From Candidatus Omnitrophota bacterium (GTDB lineage: Bacteria; Omnitrophota; Gorgyraeia; 2-02-FULL-51-18), in assembly GCA_016197155.1 (NCBI GenBank), contig JACPWF010000006.1, positions 9,511 through 73,510 on the forward strand: a stretch of DNA of 64,000 nt, given 5' to 3'. Of the stretch, positions 23,524-32,173 are shown one piece after another. The notes beneath the pieces are model-generated. The model had not been told where the DNA came from. It did no database searches and saw nothing but the letters and a program-made list of their open reading frames with translations. Position numbers and translations under genes: made by a program. How positions within the stretch are numbered: position 1 is the first letter of the stretch; each line of letters begins with the position of its first letter.

Positions 23524-24621
23524 TTATACACTAAACCGAAAATGCATCACATCCCCGTCCTCGACCACGTACTCTTTGCCCTCGAGACGGAACCGGCCTT
23601 TTTCCCGCGCGCCCTGCTCGCCGCGATAACGCACAAAATCGTCGTACGCGATCACCTCGGCGCGGATGAATCCCTTTTCAAAATCCGAGTGAATTTTCCC
23701 CGCGGCCTGGGGCGCCGTGGAGCCTCCCTCGACCGTCCAGGCGCGGTTTTCGGTCTCGCCCACCGTGAAAAACGCGATGAGGCGAAGCAGTTTGTGTCCC
23801 TCGCGCGCCAGCTGGTCGAGCCCCGATTCTTTCAGGTTCATCGCCTTTAAAAATTCCCCGCGCTCATTCGGCTCAAGTTTTGAAATTTCCTCCTCGACTT
23901 TTCCGCTGATCGCGATGACCGCCGAGCCGTCCTCGGCCGCCTTTTTTCTCACGGCCGTCACGTGCGGCGTGTCGGGCCGGCCGAGCTCGTCCTCGGCGAC
24001 GTTCGCGACGTAAAGAATGGGTTTGTCCGTGAGAAAATGGCTCTCTTTCAAAAGCGACCGTTCCTCGCCGGACAACGCCGCCTGCCGCGCCGTTTTTCCC
24101 TCATTAAAATTTTTCTCGCAGAGCGACAACGCCGAGAAGACCTGCGCCGCTTTTTTGTCGCCGGCCTTGGCGGCTTTTTCCCATCGGACTTTCATTTTGG
24201 CGAGCGTTTCCAGGTCCTTCAGGATGAGTTCGGTTTTGAGGACTTCCATGTCCCGCGGAGGATCGACCGTGCCGCTCACGTGGACGATGTCCTTGGATTC
24301 AAAACAGCGCACGACCTCGATGATCGCGTCGACCTCGGCGATGTGGCTGAGGAACTGATTGCCCAGGCCCTCGCCGACGCTCGCCCCCTTCACGATGCCC
24401 GCGATGTCGACGATCTCGATCGAGGTGGGCACGACTTTTTTCGTGGGAACGATTTCCGTCAGCACCTGCAAGCGTTCATCCGGCACGGCCACGACACCGA
24501 CGTTCGGATCGATTGTGGCGAACGGGTAATTCGCGGCGAGGACCGAACTGCGCGTGAGCGCGTTAAAAATCGTGGACTTGCCGACGTTCGGCAGGCCGAC
24601 GATGCCGCATTTAAAACCCAT
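23524..24621 (-). CDS. ychF: Ribosome-binding ATPase YchF
   Basis: MGFKCGIVGLPNVGKSTIFNALT, NYPFATIDPN and the C-terminal TGS domain are present. Its start overlaps the GH57 stop (TAATG). Confidence 0.95.
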   Translation of the reverse strand: MGFKCGIVGLPNVGKSTIFNALTRSSVLAANYPFATIDPNVGVVAVPDERLQVLTEIVPTKKVVPTSIEIVDIAGIVKGASVGEGLGNQFLSHIAEVDAIIEVVRCFESKDIVHVSGTVDPPRDMEVLKTELILKDLETLAKMKVRWEKAAKAGDKKAAQVFSALSLCEKNFNEGKTARQAALSGEERSLLKESHFLTDKPILYVANVAEDELGRPDTPHVTAVRKKAAEDGSAVIAISGKVEEEISKLEPNERGEFLKAMNLKESGLDQLAREGHKLLRLIAFFTVGETENRAWTVEGGSTAPQAAGKIHSDFEKGFIRAEVIAYDDFVRYRGEQGAREKGRFRLEGKEYVVEDGDVMHFRFSV

Positions 24622-26129
24622 TATTTAATCCCAACTTCTAACTTCCAACTTCTAACTTTTTTATAAATATCCGCGCCCGTCCCCATTTCAGGAAGGTTGC
24701 TTTTGGCATCCGCCAATATTTTCAAAAAAGGCGGCTCGATTTCATCCGGGACATACGGCTGGACAAGCTCGGCGGCGCGCGCCGCGAATTTCATGTTCTG
24801 GACCGGTTCGATCCCCGAGAGCTCGTCAAAAAACCACCCGCAGCTCGTGAACATGAAAAGCGCGAATTTTTCGGCCTCGAGCAGATTCCATAATTTCGTT
24901 TCCTCTCCCGGATTCAAATTTTTTCCGGCCTGCCGCGCGAGGAATTTTTCGCGGCCTTCTTCGGAGCCGTCGAGCATCACCTCGATGTAATCGTTTCTGG
25001 CGCCCCAGGGGTCTTTCAGGAGACCGCCGGCCTGCGTTTCATAAACGTCATCCACGATCTTTTTTAAAAAATCAAACGCGTCCCGGAGCGGCGCGCGCCA
25101 TTTTTGATTCCAGCCTTCGTGGGAGGCAACATGACAACCGCAGTCGGACCGCCAGCGCTCCACGCCGTGCGCACAGCTCCAGGAGCTGTTCTCGTGAATG
25201 TCCGCTTCCGATTGCGAACCCGCCTTCGCCAAAAATTCCGCGAAATTGACCAGGTGCGCCAAATGATAGTCGCGGATTTTTTTGAAGCCGTAGGCGATCG
25301 CCATTTCCCCGAACCGGTGATGATGCCCGAAGGATTCCCCGTCCGTCGCGGTGGAAACCAATTGTTCCGCCTGGCGGTGGCTAAAGGAAGTCAGTAATTT
25401 GTAAACGAGTTCATCGCCGTTGTGAAGCAGTCCCTGAAACGCGATCGCCCGCGAAAGCGGCGCGTCGTAGAAAAAAACGTGAAACTGCCGCCCGTGGTCC
25501 AGCACCATGCGATAGGCCTGGCGCGTGTCCACCGTCTCGTGACGCCGGTTCTGCCATTCCGACCCAAAACCCAGACGGCGGACGCGCTTGGCCTGATGCG
25601 GCGCCAAAACCGTGAAAAGAATCCCGTGCTCGGCCATGACATTGAGCGTCTCTTTGTCCGCGGCGGTTTCGGAAAGCCACATGCCCTCGGGTTTTCTTTT
25701 GTAATGGAATTCGAAATCGCGGATGCCCCAGATCACCTGCGTGATTTTGTCACGGCGCGAAGCGAGCGGCATGATGACGTGGTTGTAAACCTGGGCCATG
25801 GCGTTGCCGTGGCCGCCCCGTTCGGAAATACTGCGGCGATCAGCGTCGAGGATGGCCTCGTAAACGGCGGGATTTTTTTTGCGAAGCCAGCTTAAGAGCG
25901 TCGGGCCGATGTCAAAACTGAGATAAGAAAAATTGTTCACGCGCTCTTTGGTCTGCCCTTTCGGATCGAGAACCGGTGCGCGCGTGTTCGGGGCGTAGCA
26001 TTCCTTTGTGATGCGCTCGTTCCAGTCATGGTCGGGGGCGGCGCTGTCTTCCCTCTCGACCTCGCCCGTCCAGGGATTTTCGCGCGGCGGCTGGTAAAAA
26101 TGGCCGTGGATCGTGATGTGTTTCTTCAT
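24621..26129 (-). CDS. Glycoside hydrolase family 57 enzyme (alpha-glucan branching/amylase-type)
   Basis: The N-terminal HGHFYQPPRENPW is the GH57 signature, and a GESFGHHH region follows. It lies 9 bp after luxC in the same operon. Confidence 0.88.
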   Translation of the reverse strand: MKKHITIHGHFYQPPRENPWTGEVEREDSAAPDHDWNERITKECYAPNTRAPVLDPKGQTKERVNNFSYLSFDIGPTLLSWLRKKNPAVYEAILDADRRSISERGGHGNAMAQVYNHVIMPLASRRDKITQVIWGIRDFEFHYKRKPEGMWLSETAADKETLNVMAEHGILFTVLAPHQAKRVRRLGFGSEWQNRRHETVDTRQAYRMVLDHGRQFHVFFYDAPLSRAIAFQGLLHNGDELVYKLLTSFSHRQAEQLVSTATDGESFGHHHRFGEMAIAYGFKKIRDYHLAHLVNFAEFLAKAGSQSEADIHENSSWSCAHGVERWRSDCGCHVASHEGWNQKWRAPLRDAFDFLKKIVDDVYETQAGGLLKDPWGARNDYIEVMLDGSEEGREKFLARQAGKNLNPGEETKLWNLLEAEKFALFMFTSCGWFFDELSGIEPVQNMKFAARAAELVQPYVPDEIEPPFLKILADAKSNLPEMGTGADIYKKVRSWKLEVGIK

Positions 26130-26138
26130 TGGATTATT

Positions 26139-27125
26139 TTACCATACCCAATCCGCCAAATTGGGCCGGCCGTCATGCCGCCGGGCGAGCAAGGGATGCT
26201 GCATTTGTCCCGCGCGGCAGATCCGGTTCGCTCCGAGTTTCACCAGGCGCGCCGCGAGCCTTTTTCTCTCGGAGGGCGCCGCCTCAAGCGCCACCGTCGA
26301 CAACGCCCCGCGCAGATGGGACAGCGACCAGAAAACGCTTTCTCTTTTTTCAAACGCCCTGACGAGGTACGGCTCTTTCAACATCCGCGAAAAAGACTTG
26401 GGTGACACCTCTCCCCCTTTTTCGACGTAAATCACCGACGGCGAAAGACACCCGCGCCTGTCCATCATCCAAATATCATGGGCGGCCTTCCCGGCCAGAT
26501 TCCGGATATTTCTTTTTTTCATCGCCGCGCGCGTGTAAAAACCCAGGCTCACGCGGTGCCCGTGGCCGATGAAGGGTTTCGCGGGCGGAAGGTCTTTTTG
26601 GATGCGCGCCAGGGTTTCGTCGCTTCCGTAGGCGACGACAAGGCCGGCTTTCTTATAATGCCGGCGCAGAGAGGCTTTTGATTTTGGCGGCAAAAGGCGG
26701 TGCCCCGCGGCCAAACGAGGGTCAATCCCCCGGAGCGACGCGAGGTAAACGTCGAGAAACCCCCCGTCGCGGCCGGAGACCTTGCAGATATTTTTGCTTT
26801 TCACGAGGATTCCAAAAACAAAGCTGAAGATCGCGGGGTTGGGCACATTGCCGGGGAGGATGTGCAAAATAATGTCCGGGCCCCTGACCTGACCGTCGAG
26901 ACGAAGCGGATTTCCGAACTCGAGCCGCAGAAGCGCGAGGATTTTTTTCCCGGTCAGCTCCGAAAAAATGGAATCGAGAATGGCCTCCGCCTGCTTCCGG
27001 CTAAAATGGGATCGCGTGACAAGTTTTTTTAGAGCCTTTTGGCGATAAGAATAATTTTTCGAAAGCCACCGTGCCGAAAGCCGCCCGATTTGCCGGACAA
27101 TTTCTTTGATCGGCCGCGGATTCAC
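26139..27125 (-). CDS. LuxC-family acyl-CoA/acyl-protein reductase (fatty-aldehyde forming)
   Basis: PF05893-like core (ILHILPGNVPNPAIFSFVFGIL..., GSDETL). The listed ORF is over-extended by 111 R/G-rich codons into the luxE-like gene. The start is trimmed to the GTG overlapping the upstream stop (GTGA). Confidence 0.72.
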   Translation of the reverse strand: MNPRPIKEIVRQIGRLSARWLSKNYSYRQKALKKLVTRSHFSRKQAEAILDSIFSELTGKKILALLRLEFGNPLRLDGQVRGPDIILHILPGNVPNPAIFSFVFGILVKSKNICKVSGRDGGFLDVYLASLRGIDPRLAAGHRLLPPKSKASLRRHYKKAGLVVAYGSDETLARIQKDLPPAKPFIGHGHRVSLGFYTRAAMKKRNIRNLAGKAAHDIWMMDRRGCLSPSVIYVEKGGEVSPKSFSRMLKEPYLVRAFEKRESVFWSLSHLRGALSTVALEAAPSERKRLAARLVKLGANRICRAGQMQHPLLARRHDGRPNLADWVW

Positions 27126-28153
27126 GACGCCAAAAACTCCTCGTACGCCGTCGAGCACCCCCGGATCTCGGCCTCGGGCGCGCGGCCCAAAAGCTCGAAC
27201 CCTTCCCGATGGGCCAGGCCCAGGTCTTCGGTCTGCACGGCCATCACCGATCCGCGATTGGCCAGGTCCCAATGCCTCAAAAGTCCTTTTTCCCCTTTTT
27301 TGGCCTCCTCCCCCGTGGCCGGATCGATGACGAGCGTCCGCGTCCACGGCGGCCCCTCGAACGGCCGGCCGCCCGCGCTGTAAAATTGGCTCGAGAGCTC
27401 GGTCATGCCGTACTCGCTCACGCAAAAATTTTCGGGGATGCCCAGTCTTTTTTTGCATTCGACGTAAAGGGATTTTTTGGAAATTTCCCGGGCCCTCCCC
27501 TTGAATCCGCCCGTTTCAAACAGGCGGCTTTTGGGAGGAAGTTTCACGGAAATTTTTTTCTCATTCAAAAAATCAAGAAAACCTTTGAGGGAAAACGCCG
27601 TCGCGAGAATGAGGACCGGCCCTTTTTCTTTTTTTAAGTCCGCGAGCATCTCTTTGAAAAAAAACCTTCCCCGCCGCGCGTAAAATTTTCCGGGCGGCCG
27701 GGAATACCGGCGGTTCACCACTCCCATCATGTGCGACAGCGAGGAATCCGCGGCCTCTCCGGGAGAAGCCATTAAAAAGAAAAAGCGAAGGCGCGCGTTG
27801 TCGAAGAGGAGATGCTTTTCGAACGGCGGCCCGATCGCGGCCTCATAGTATTTCAACGTGTCAAAAAAATGCGCCCCGCGCCCCCGGCCCGTCGTGCCGC
27901 TGGTGCGGAACAGCTTCACCGCTTTTTTGACGGGGAAGGTCGTGAGCACCAGGTTCTTGAACCCGTCCGTCGGGATGGCGGGGATCTCTTTCCAGTTTTT
28001 CAGCGAGCCGGGCTTTTTGCCCTCCGCCAGGCAGAAGCGCCTGTAGTTTTCGTTGCGTTCGAACTGGCGCCGGAAAAGTTGGAGGGCCGGCGTTTCGAAA
28101 TCGGCGGGGTCTAGGAAATTTTTTTGAGGATCTTTTCGAATTGCTGGACGCAA
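27122..28153 (-). CDS. LuxE-family acyl-protein synthetase (acyl-AMP-forming)
   Basis: FRTSGTTG, SEYGMTEL and the LuxE-like N-terminus (FLDPADFETPALQLFRRQFERNENYRRF) are present. The ORF's 5' end overlaps the aminotransferase gene, so the start is tentatively trimmed to TTG 28153. Confidence 0.7.
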   Translation of the reverse strand: MRPAIRKDPQKNFLDPADFETPALQLFRRQFERNENYRRFCLAEGKKPGSLKNWKEIPAIPTDGFKNLVLTTFPVKKAVKLFRTSGTTGRGRGAHFFDTLKYYEAAIGPPFEKHLLFDNARLRFFFLMASPGEAADSSLSHMMGVVNRRYSRPPGKFYARRGRFFFKEMLADLKKEKGPVLILATAFSLKGFLDFLNEKKISVKLPPKSRLFETGGFKGRAREISKKSLYVECKKRLGIPENFCVSEYGMTELSSQFYSAGGRPFEGPPWTRTLVIDPATGEEAKKGEKGLLRHWDLANRGSVMAVQTEDLGLAHREGFELLGRAPEAEIRGCSTAYEEFLAS

Positions 28154-29448
28154 AAGGAGATCTCTTTCTCGGAAATCACAAACGGGGGCGTAATGGAAAT
28201 GACGTCGTGATGCTCGCCGGCCGGCAAAACGAGGATGCCGCCACGCAGGCACTCCTCGATGAAAAGCCGCGCCTTGGCCGGGGGCTTGCCGAATTCCACG
28301 CCGATCATGAGCCCCGCGCCGCGCACGTCGGCGATGAGGGGGTATTTTTCTTTCAATTTCCAGAGTTCCCTACGGAAAAAATCGCCGAGCGATTTCGAGC
28401 GGTCCACGAATTTTCTTCTTTCAATTTCTCCGATCACCGCGAGGGCAATCGCGCACCCCAGCGGATTTCCCACGTAGGTGCTCGTGTGAATGGCGTCCCC
28501 CGTCGACGCGCCCCAGGAATGCATCACGCGGGTCGTCCCGACGCAAACCGAAATCGGAAACCCGCCGCCCATCCCCTTTCCCAGACACAAGAGGTCGGGA
28601 ACGACACCGCTCTTGTCCATGGCAAACATCGAGCCCGTTCGTCCGAAACCCGTGAACACTTCGTCCGCGATGAGAAGGGCCGCCTCTTCGTCGCAAACGG
28701 CGCGGAGCTCCTTTAAAAAACCGGGCGGCGCGACGTGGATGCCGCCGCGGCCCTGAATGGGTTCAAGGATCACCGCGCCGATCCGGTGCGGCGACCGGCG
28801 GGATTTATGAATAATTTTTTTAACGGCTTTTAAATCGGAAAACGGCGCGAACGAGACGTGCTTCCCGAGCTGTTTCGCGAAAGGCTTGCGGAAATCCGCG
28901 CGGTGCGTGACATGGAGCGCCCCATAATTCAAACCGTGATACGCGCGCTCAAACGCGATGACCCCGGTTTTTTTCGTGTGCATCACGGCGGTTTTGAGCG
29001 CGGTCTCGACCGCCTCGGCGCCCGTCGAGGAAAAAAAACTCTGGTTCAGATTTCCGGGCGTGATCTCCGAAAGTTTTTTGGCCAAAAGCACCTTCACCTC
29101 GTTCGGATGCACGTCCCCCAGGCCGTGGATCATTTCCGCCGCCTGGCGCCGCATCGCCTCCTGCACGACGGGCGAGGAGTGCCCGATCCCCATCACGCCG
29201 AAACAGCTCGTGAGATCGAGGTAGCGGTTCCGGTCCACGTCAATCATGTTGGCGCCGGATGCTTTTTTTAGAAAAATGGGGAAAGGTTCATGCGTGTAGG
29301 TGAGTTGGGGACACTCGAAGCGCTTCAAAAGCTCGGTGAGTCTGAGGGACTGCGGGCCCGGAATTTTCGTGCGGATTTTGGGAAGTAAATTTTTTGGGAG
29401 CGGCTTTTCTTTTTTCCCGATTTTAAAGGGAAAACGGAATAATTTCAA
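28111..29448 (-). CDS. Class III (omega-type) PLP aminotransferase
   Basis: 445 aa. EPIQGRGG, DEVFTGFGRTGSMFA and the CLGKGMGGG lysine region define the fold-type I class III family (ArgD/GabT/omega-TA-like). Confidence 0.88.
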   Translation of the reverse strand: MKLFRFPFKIGKKEKPLPKNLLPKIRTKIPGPQSLRLTELLKRFECPQLTYTHEPFPIFLKKASGANMIDVDRNRYLDLTSCFGVMGIGHSSPVVQEAMRRQAAEMIHGLGDVHPNEVKVLLAKKLSEITPGNLNQSFFSSTGAEAVETALKTAVMHTKKTGVIAFERAYHGLNYGALHVTHRADFRKPFAKQLGKHVSFAPFSDLKAVKKIIHKSRRSPHRIGAVILEPIQGRGGIHVAPPGFLKELRAVCDEEAALLIADEVFTGFGRTGSMFAMDKSGVVPDLLCLGKGMGGGFPISVCVGTTRVMHSWGASTGDAIHTSTYVGNPLGCAIALAVIGEIERRKFVDRSKSLGDFFRRELWKLKEKYPLIADVRGAGLMIGVEFGKPPAKARLFIEECLRGGILVLPAGEHHDVISITPPFVISEKEISFCVQQFEKILKKIS

Positions 29449-30383
29449 TGCCCGGCCCCGAGAAATCGCTCCGCGTCGAGCGCGGCCATACAGCCCGTGC
29501 CGGCGGCGGTCACGGCCTGCCGGTATTTGTGGTCCTGCACGTCGCCGCAGGCGAAAACGCCGGGGACATTCGTCAGCGTGCCGTCGTGAACCCCGATGTA
29601 GCCTTTCGCGTCGAGCGCGACTTGACCCTTAAAAATTTCAGAATTCGGCGTGTGGCCGATCGCCATGAAAACGCCGTCGGTTTTTTTCTCGGAGACCGCC
29701 CCCGTTTTTAAATTTTTCAACACCACCGCCGTCACTTTTTTCTGCGCGGGGTCCTGGATGTCCGTCACGGCCGAGTCCCAGATGAAATCAATTTTTTTAT
29801 TGGCGCGGGCGCGGTCCTGCATGATCTTTGACGCGCGAAGCTCCGCGCGGCGGTGAACGATCGTCACGCGTGTCGCAAATTTGGTGAGAAACGTCGCCTC
29901 CTCCACCGCGGAATCCCCGCCGCCCACCACCACCACTTCTTTTCCCTTAAAGAAAAATCCGTCGCAGGTGGCGCAGGCTGAAACCCCGTGTCCCTGCAAC
30001 GCTTTTTCGGAGGGAATATTGAGCCAATTGGCCGAGGCGCCGGTGGCGATGATGACGGCATTCGCGGAATACTCTTTTCCGTCGGAAGTGACCCTGAAAG
30101 GGCGCTTCGAAAAATCGGCGGCCGTCACGTCCTGCTGAAGAAGCTCGGTCCCGAACCGCGCGGCCTGCTTGCGGAAAAGATCCATCATCTCGGGCCCCAA
30201 AACGCCTTCGGGAAATCCGGGATAATTTTCCACGTCGGTCGTCAGCATGAGCTGTCCGCCGGGCTGTCCGCCCTTGGCCAGGCCCTCGAAAAGAAGCGGT
30301 TTCAGATTCGCGCGCGCGGCGTAGATCGCCGCCGTGAAACCCGCGGGGCCGGAGCCGATGATGATGAGATTATGCGCCGTCAT
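29445..30383 (-). CDS. trxB: Thioredoxin reductase
   Basis: IIIGSGPAGFTAAIYAAR, the ACATCDGFF redox-active CATC motif and the GGGDSAVEEATFL NADPH site are present. Confidence 0.95.
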   Translation of the reverse strand: MTAHNLIIIGSGPAGFTAAIYAARANLKPLLFEGLAKGGQPGGQLMLTTDVENYPGFPEGVLGPEMMDLFRKQAARFGTELLQQDVTAADFSKRPFRVTSDGKEYSANAVIIATGASANWLNIPSEKALQGHGVSACATCDGFFFKGKEVVVVGGGDSAVEEATFLTKFATRVTIVHRRAELRASKIMQDRARANKKIDFIWDSAVTDIQDPAQKKVTAVVLKNLKTGAVSEKKTDGVFMAIGHTPNSEIFKGQVALDAKGYIGVHDGTLTNVPGVFACGDVQDHKYRQAVTAAGTGCMAALDAERFLGAGH

Positions 30384-30603
30384 TGCCGATCGCCTCGACG
30401 GGACAACCCTCTTTGGCTTCTTTGCACTGCGCCTCCTCTTCGGGTGTGACGGGCTGTTTTTTCACGAAAGAATAGCCGCCCGCCTGGTTGCGGTCAAAAT
30501 TTTGCGGGGCCGTCTGGCGGCACAGGTCGCAATCAATGCACTGCGTGTCGACGTAAAATGCCCCCGGCACATTTTCAGGATAACGATTGGCCTTGTCTGA
30601 CAT
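30370..30603 (-). CDS. Small ferredoxin (single [3Fe/4Fe-4S] cluster type)
   Basis: 77 aa. CIDCDLCRQTAP ... C ... EGCPVEAI follows the Cys pattern of Pyrococcus/Desulfovibrio-type ferredoxins. Confidence 0.8.
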   Translation of the reverse strand: MSDKANRYPENVPGAFYVDTQCIDCDLCRQTAPQNFDRNQAGGYSFVKKQPVTPEEEAQCKEAKEGCPVEAIGNDGA

Positions 30604-30685
30604 TGTTCCTCCATGATAAAAAGTTAGAAGTTAGAAGCGATCTCGTTTGCTACTAGCTACTAACTTCTAACTACTAACTAAATTA

Positions 30686-32170
30686 CTAACTCGGTAAATC
30701 GCTCTCTCCCATTAAATATTCATCCACCGCGCGCGCGGCGCCCCGGCCTTCGTTGATGGCCCACACGATGAGGCTTTGTCCGCGGCGCATGTCGCCGGCG
30801 GCGAAAACCCCTTTCACATTCGTCGCGTATTTTCCGTATTCGGCCCTCGCGTTCGACCGCTCGTCCCGCTCCACTCCCAAACCTTTCAGCACCGTTTCCT
30901 CCGGACCCAGAAATCCCATCGCCAAAAGCACCAGGTCCGCCGGTAAAAGCTTTTCGGTGCCAGGCACCTCTTTGGGAATAAAACGGCCTTTGTCGTCTTT
31001 TTGCCATTCAATGTTCACGATTTGAATGTGCCGGACATTCCCGTTTTCATCTCCCACAAATTTTTTAGCAGTCACCAAATACTGCCGCGGGTCATCCCCA
31101 AAAAGCGCTTTGGCCTCCTCCTGGCCGTAGTCGAGACGGTAAACTTTGGGCCACTGCGGCCAGGGGTTGTCGGCCGCGCGCTCGAGCGGAGGCCTGGGCA
31201 AAATTTCCAGCTGGATCAAACTTTTGCATCCGTGCCGCATCGCGGTCCCCACGCAGTCGGTGCCCGTGTCGCCGCCGCCGATCACGACCACGTTTTTTCC
31301 CGAGGCGGAAATCCCCGCGCCGTTTTTTTTATTGTCCAAAAGATTTTTTGTGTTCGCGTGCAGAAACTCCATCGCGAAGTGAACGCCTTTCAAATTTCTT
31401 CCCTCAATGGGAAGGTCGCGCGGCTTTGTGGCGCCCCCGCACAGAACAGCGGCATCAAATTCTTTCAAGAGTTTTTCCGCGGGATAGTTCCGACCCACTT
31501 CCGTGTTCGTCACAAACTTCACGCCCTCTTTCGCCATCAAATCCACGCGGCGCTGAACGATTTTTTTATCGAGCTTCGGATTCGGAATGCCGTACATGAG
31601 AAGCCCGCCGGCGCGATCGGCGCGCTCAAACACCGTCACCGCGTGCCCGGCGCGGTTGAGCTGGGCGGCGGCGGCGAGCCCCGCGGGACCCGATCCCACG
31701 ACCGCCACTTTTTTTCCCGTGCGAACGCCGGGGATCTGGGGGGTCACCCACCCTTCCTCAAAACCGCGGTCGATGATCGCACATTCGATATTCTTGATCG
31801 TGACCGGCGGCTCGTTGATGCCCAGGACACAGGAGCCTTCGCAGGGCGCCGGACACACGCGGCCGGTGAATTCGGGAAAATTGTTCGTTTTGTGCAGGCG
31901 GTCGAGCGCCTCGCGCCAAAGGCCTTTGTAAACCAGGTCGTTCCATTCGGGAATAAGATTGTTGACCGGGCAACCCTCGGCCATTCCCGCCAGGAGCGTC
32001 CCGGTGTGGCAAAAAGGGATCCCGCAGTCCATGCACCGCGCGCCCTGAGAGCGCAGTTTCTCCTCGGGCAGGCGCTCGTGGAATTCATCCCAGTCCCTGA
32101 TCCGTTCGCGCGGAGAACGGTCTTTGGGAAGTTCGCGCGGAATTTCTTTGAAACCGGTGGGCTTGCCCAT
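30686..32170 (-). CDS. gltD: Glutamate synthase (NADPH) small subunit
   Basis: 494 aa with an N-terminal 4Fe-4S Cys cluster ([10 protein letters not shown]..., CPAPCEGSC), an FAD/NAD Rossmann motif ([17 protein letters not shown]) and VFAAGD. Confidence 0.95.
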   Translation of the reverse strand: MGKPTGFKEIPRELPKDRSPRERIRDWDEFHERLPEEKLRSQGARCMDCGIPFCHTGTLLAGMAEGCPVNNLIPEWNDLVYKGLWREALDRLHKTNNFPEFTGRVCPAPCEGSCVLGINEPPVTIKNIECAIIDRGFEEGWVTPQIPGVRTGKKVAVVGSGPAGLAAAAQLNRAGHAVTVFERADRAGGLLMYGIPNPKLDKKIVQRRVDLMAKEGVKFVTNTEVGRNYPAEKLLKEFDAAVLCGGATKPRDLPIEGRNLKGVHFAMEFLHANTKNLLDNKKNGAGISASGKNVVVIGGGDTGTDCVGTAMRHGCKSLIQLEILPRPPLERAADNPWPQWPKVYRLDYGQEEAKALFGDDPRQYLVTAKKFVGDENGNVRHIQIVNIEWQKDDKGRFIPKEVPGTEKLLPADLVLLAMGFLGPEETVLKGLGVERDERSNARAEYGKYATNVKGVFAAGDMRRGQSLIVWAINEGRGAARAVDEYLMGESDLPS

Positions 32171-32173
32171 AAA

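Noticed and set aside
26139-27458. Full-length 439-aa luxC ORF as listed (also the listed 5' extensions of the nuoC, nuoB, nuoA, DUF309, sufC, sufD and luxE ORFs)
   Set aside because: The N-terminal extensions are R/G/P-rich and overlap the upstream genes by 100-400 bp. Alternative GTG/TTG/ATG starts at stop-start overlaps give normal-length proteins.
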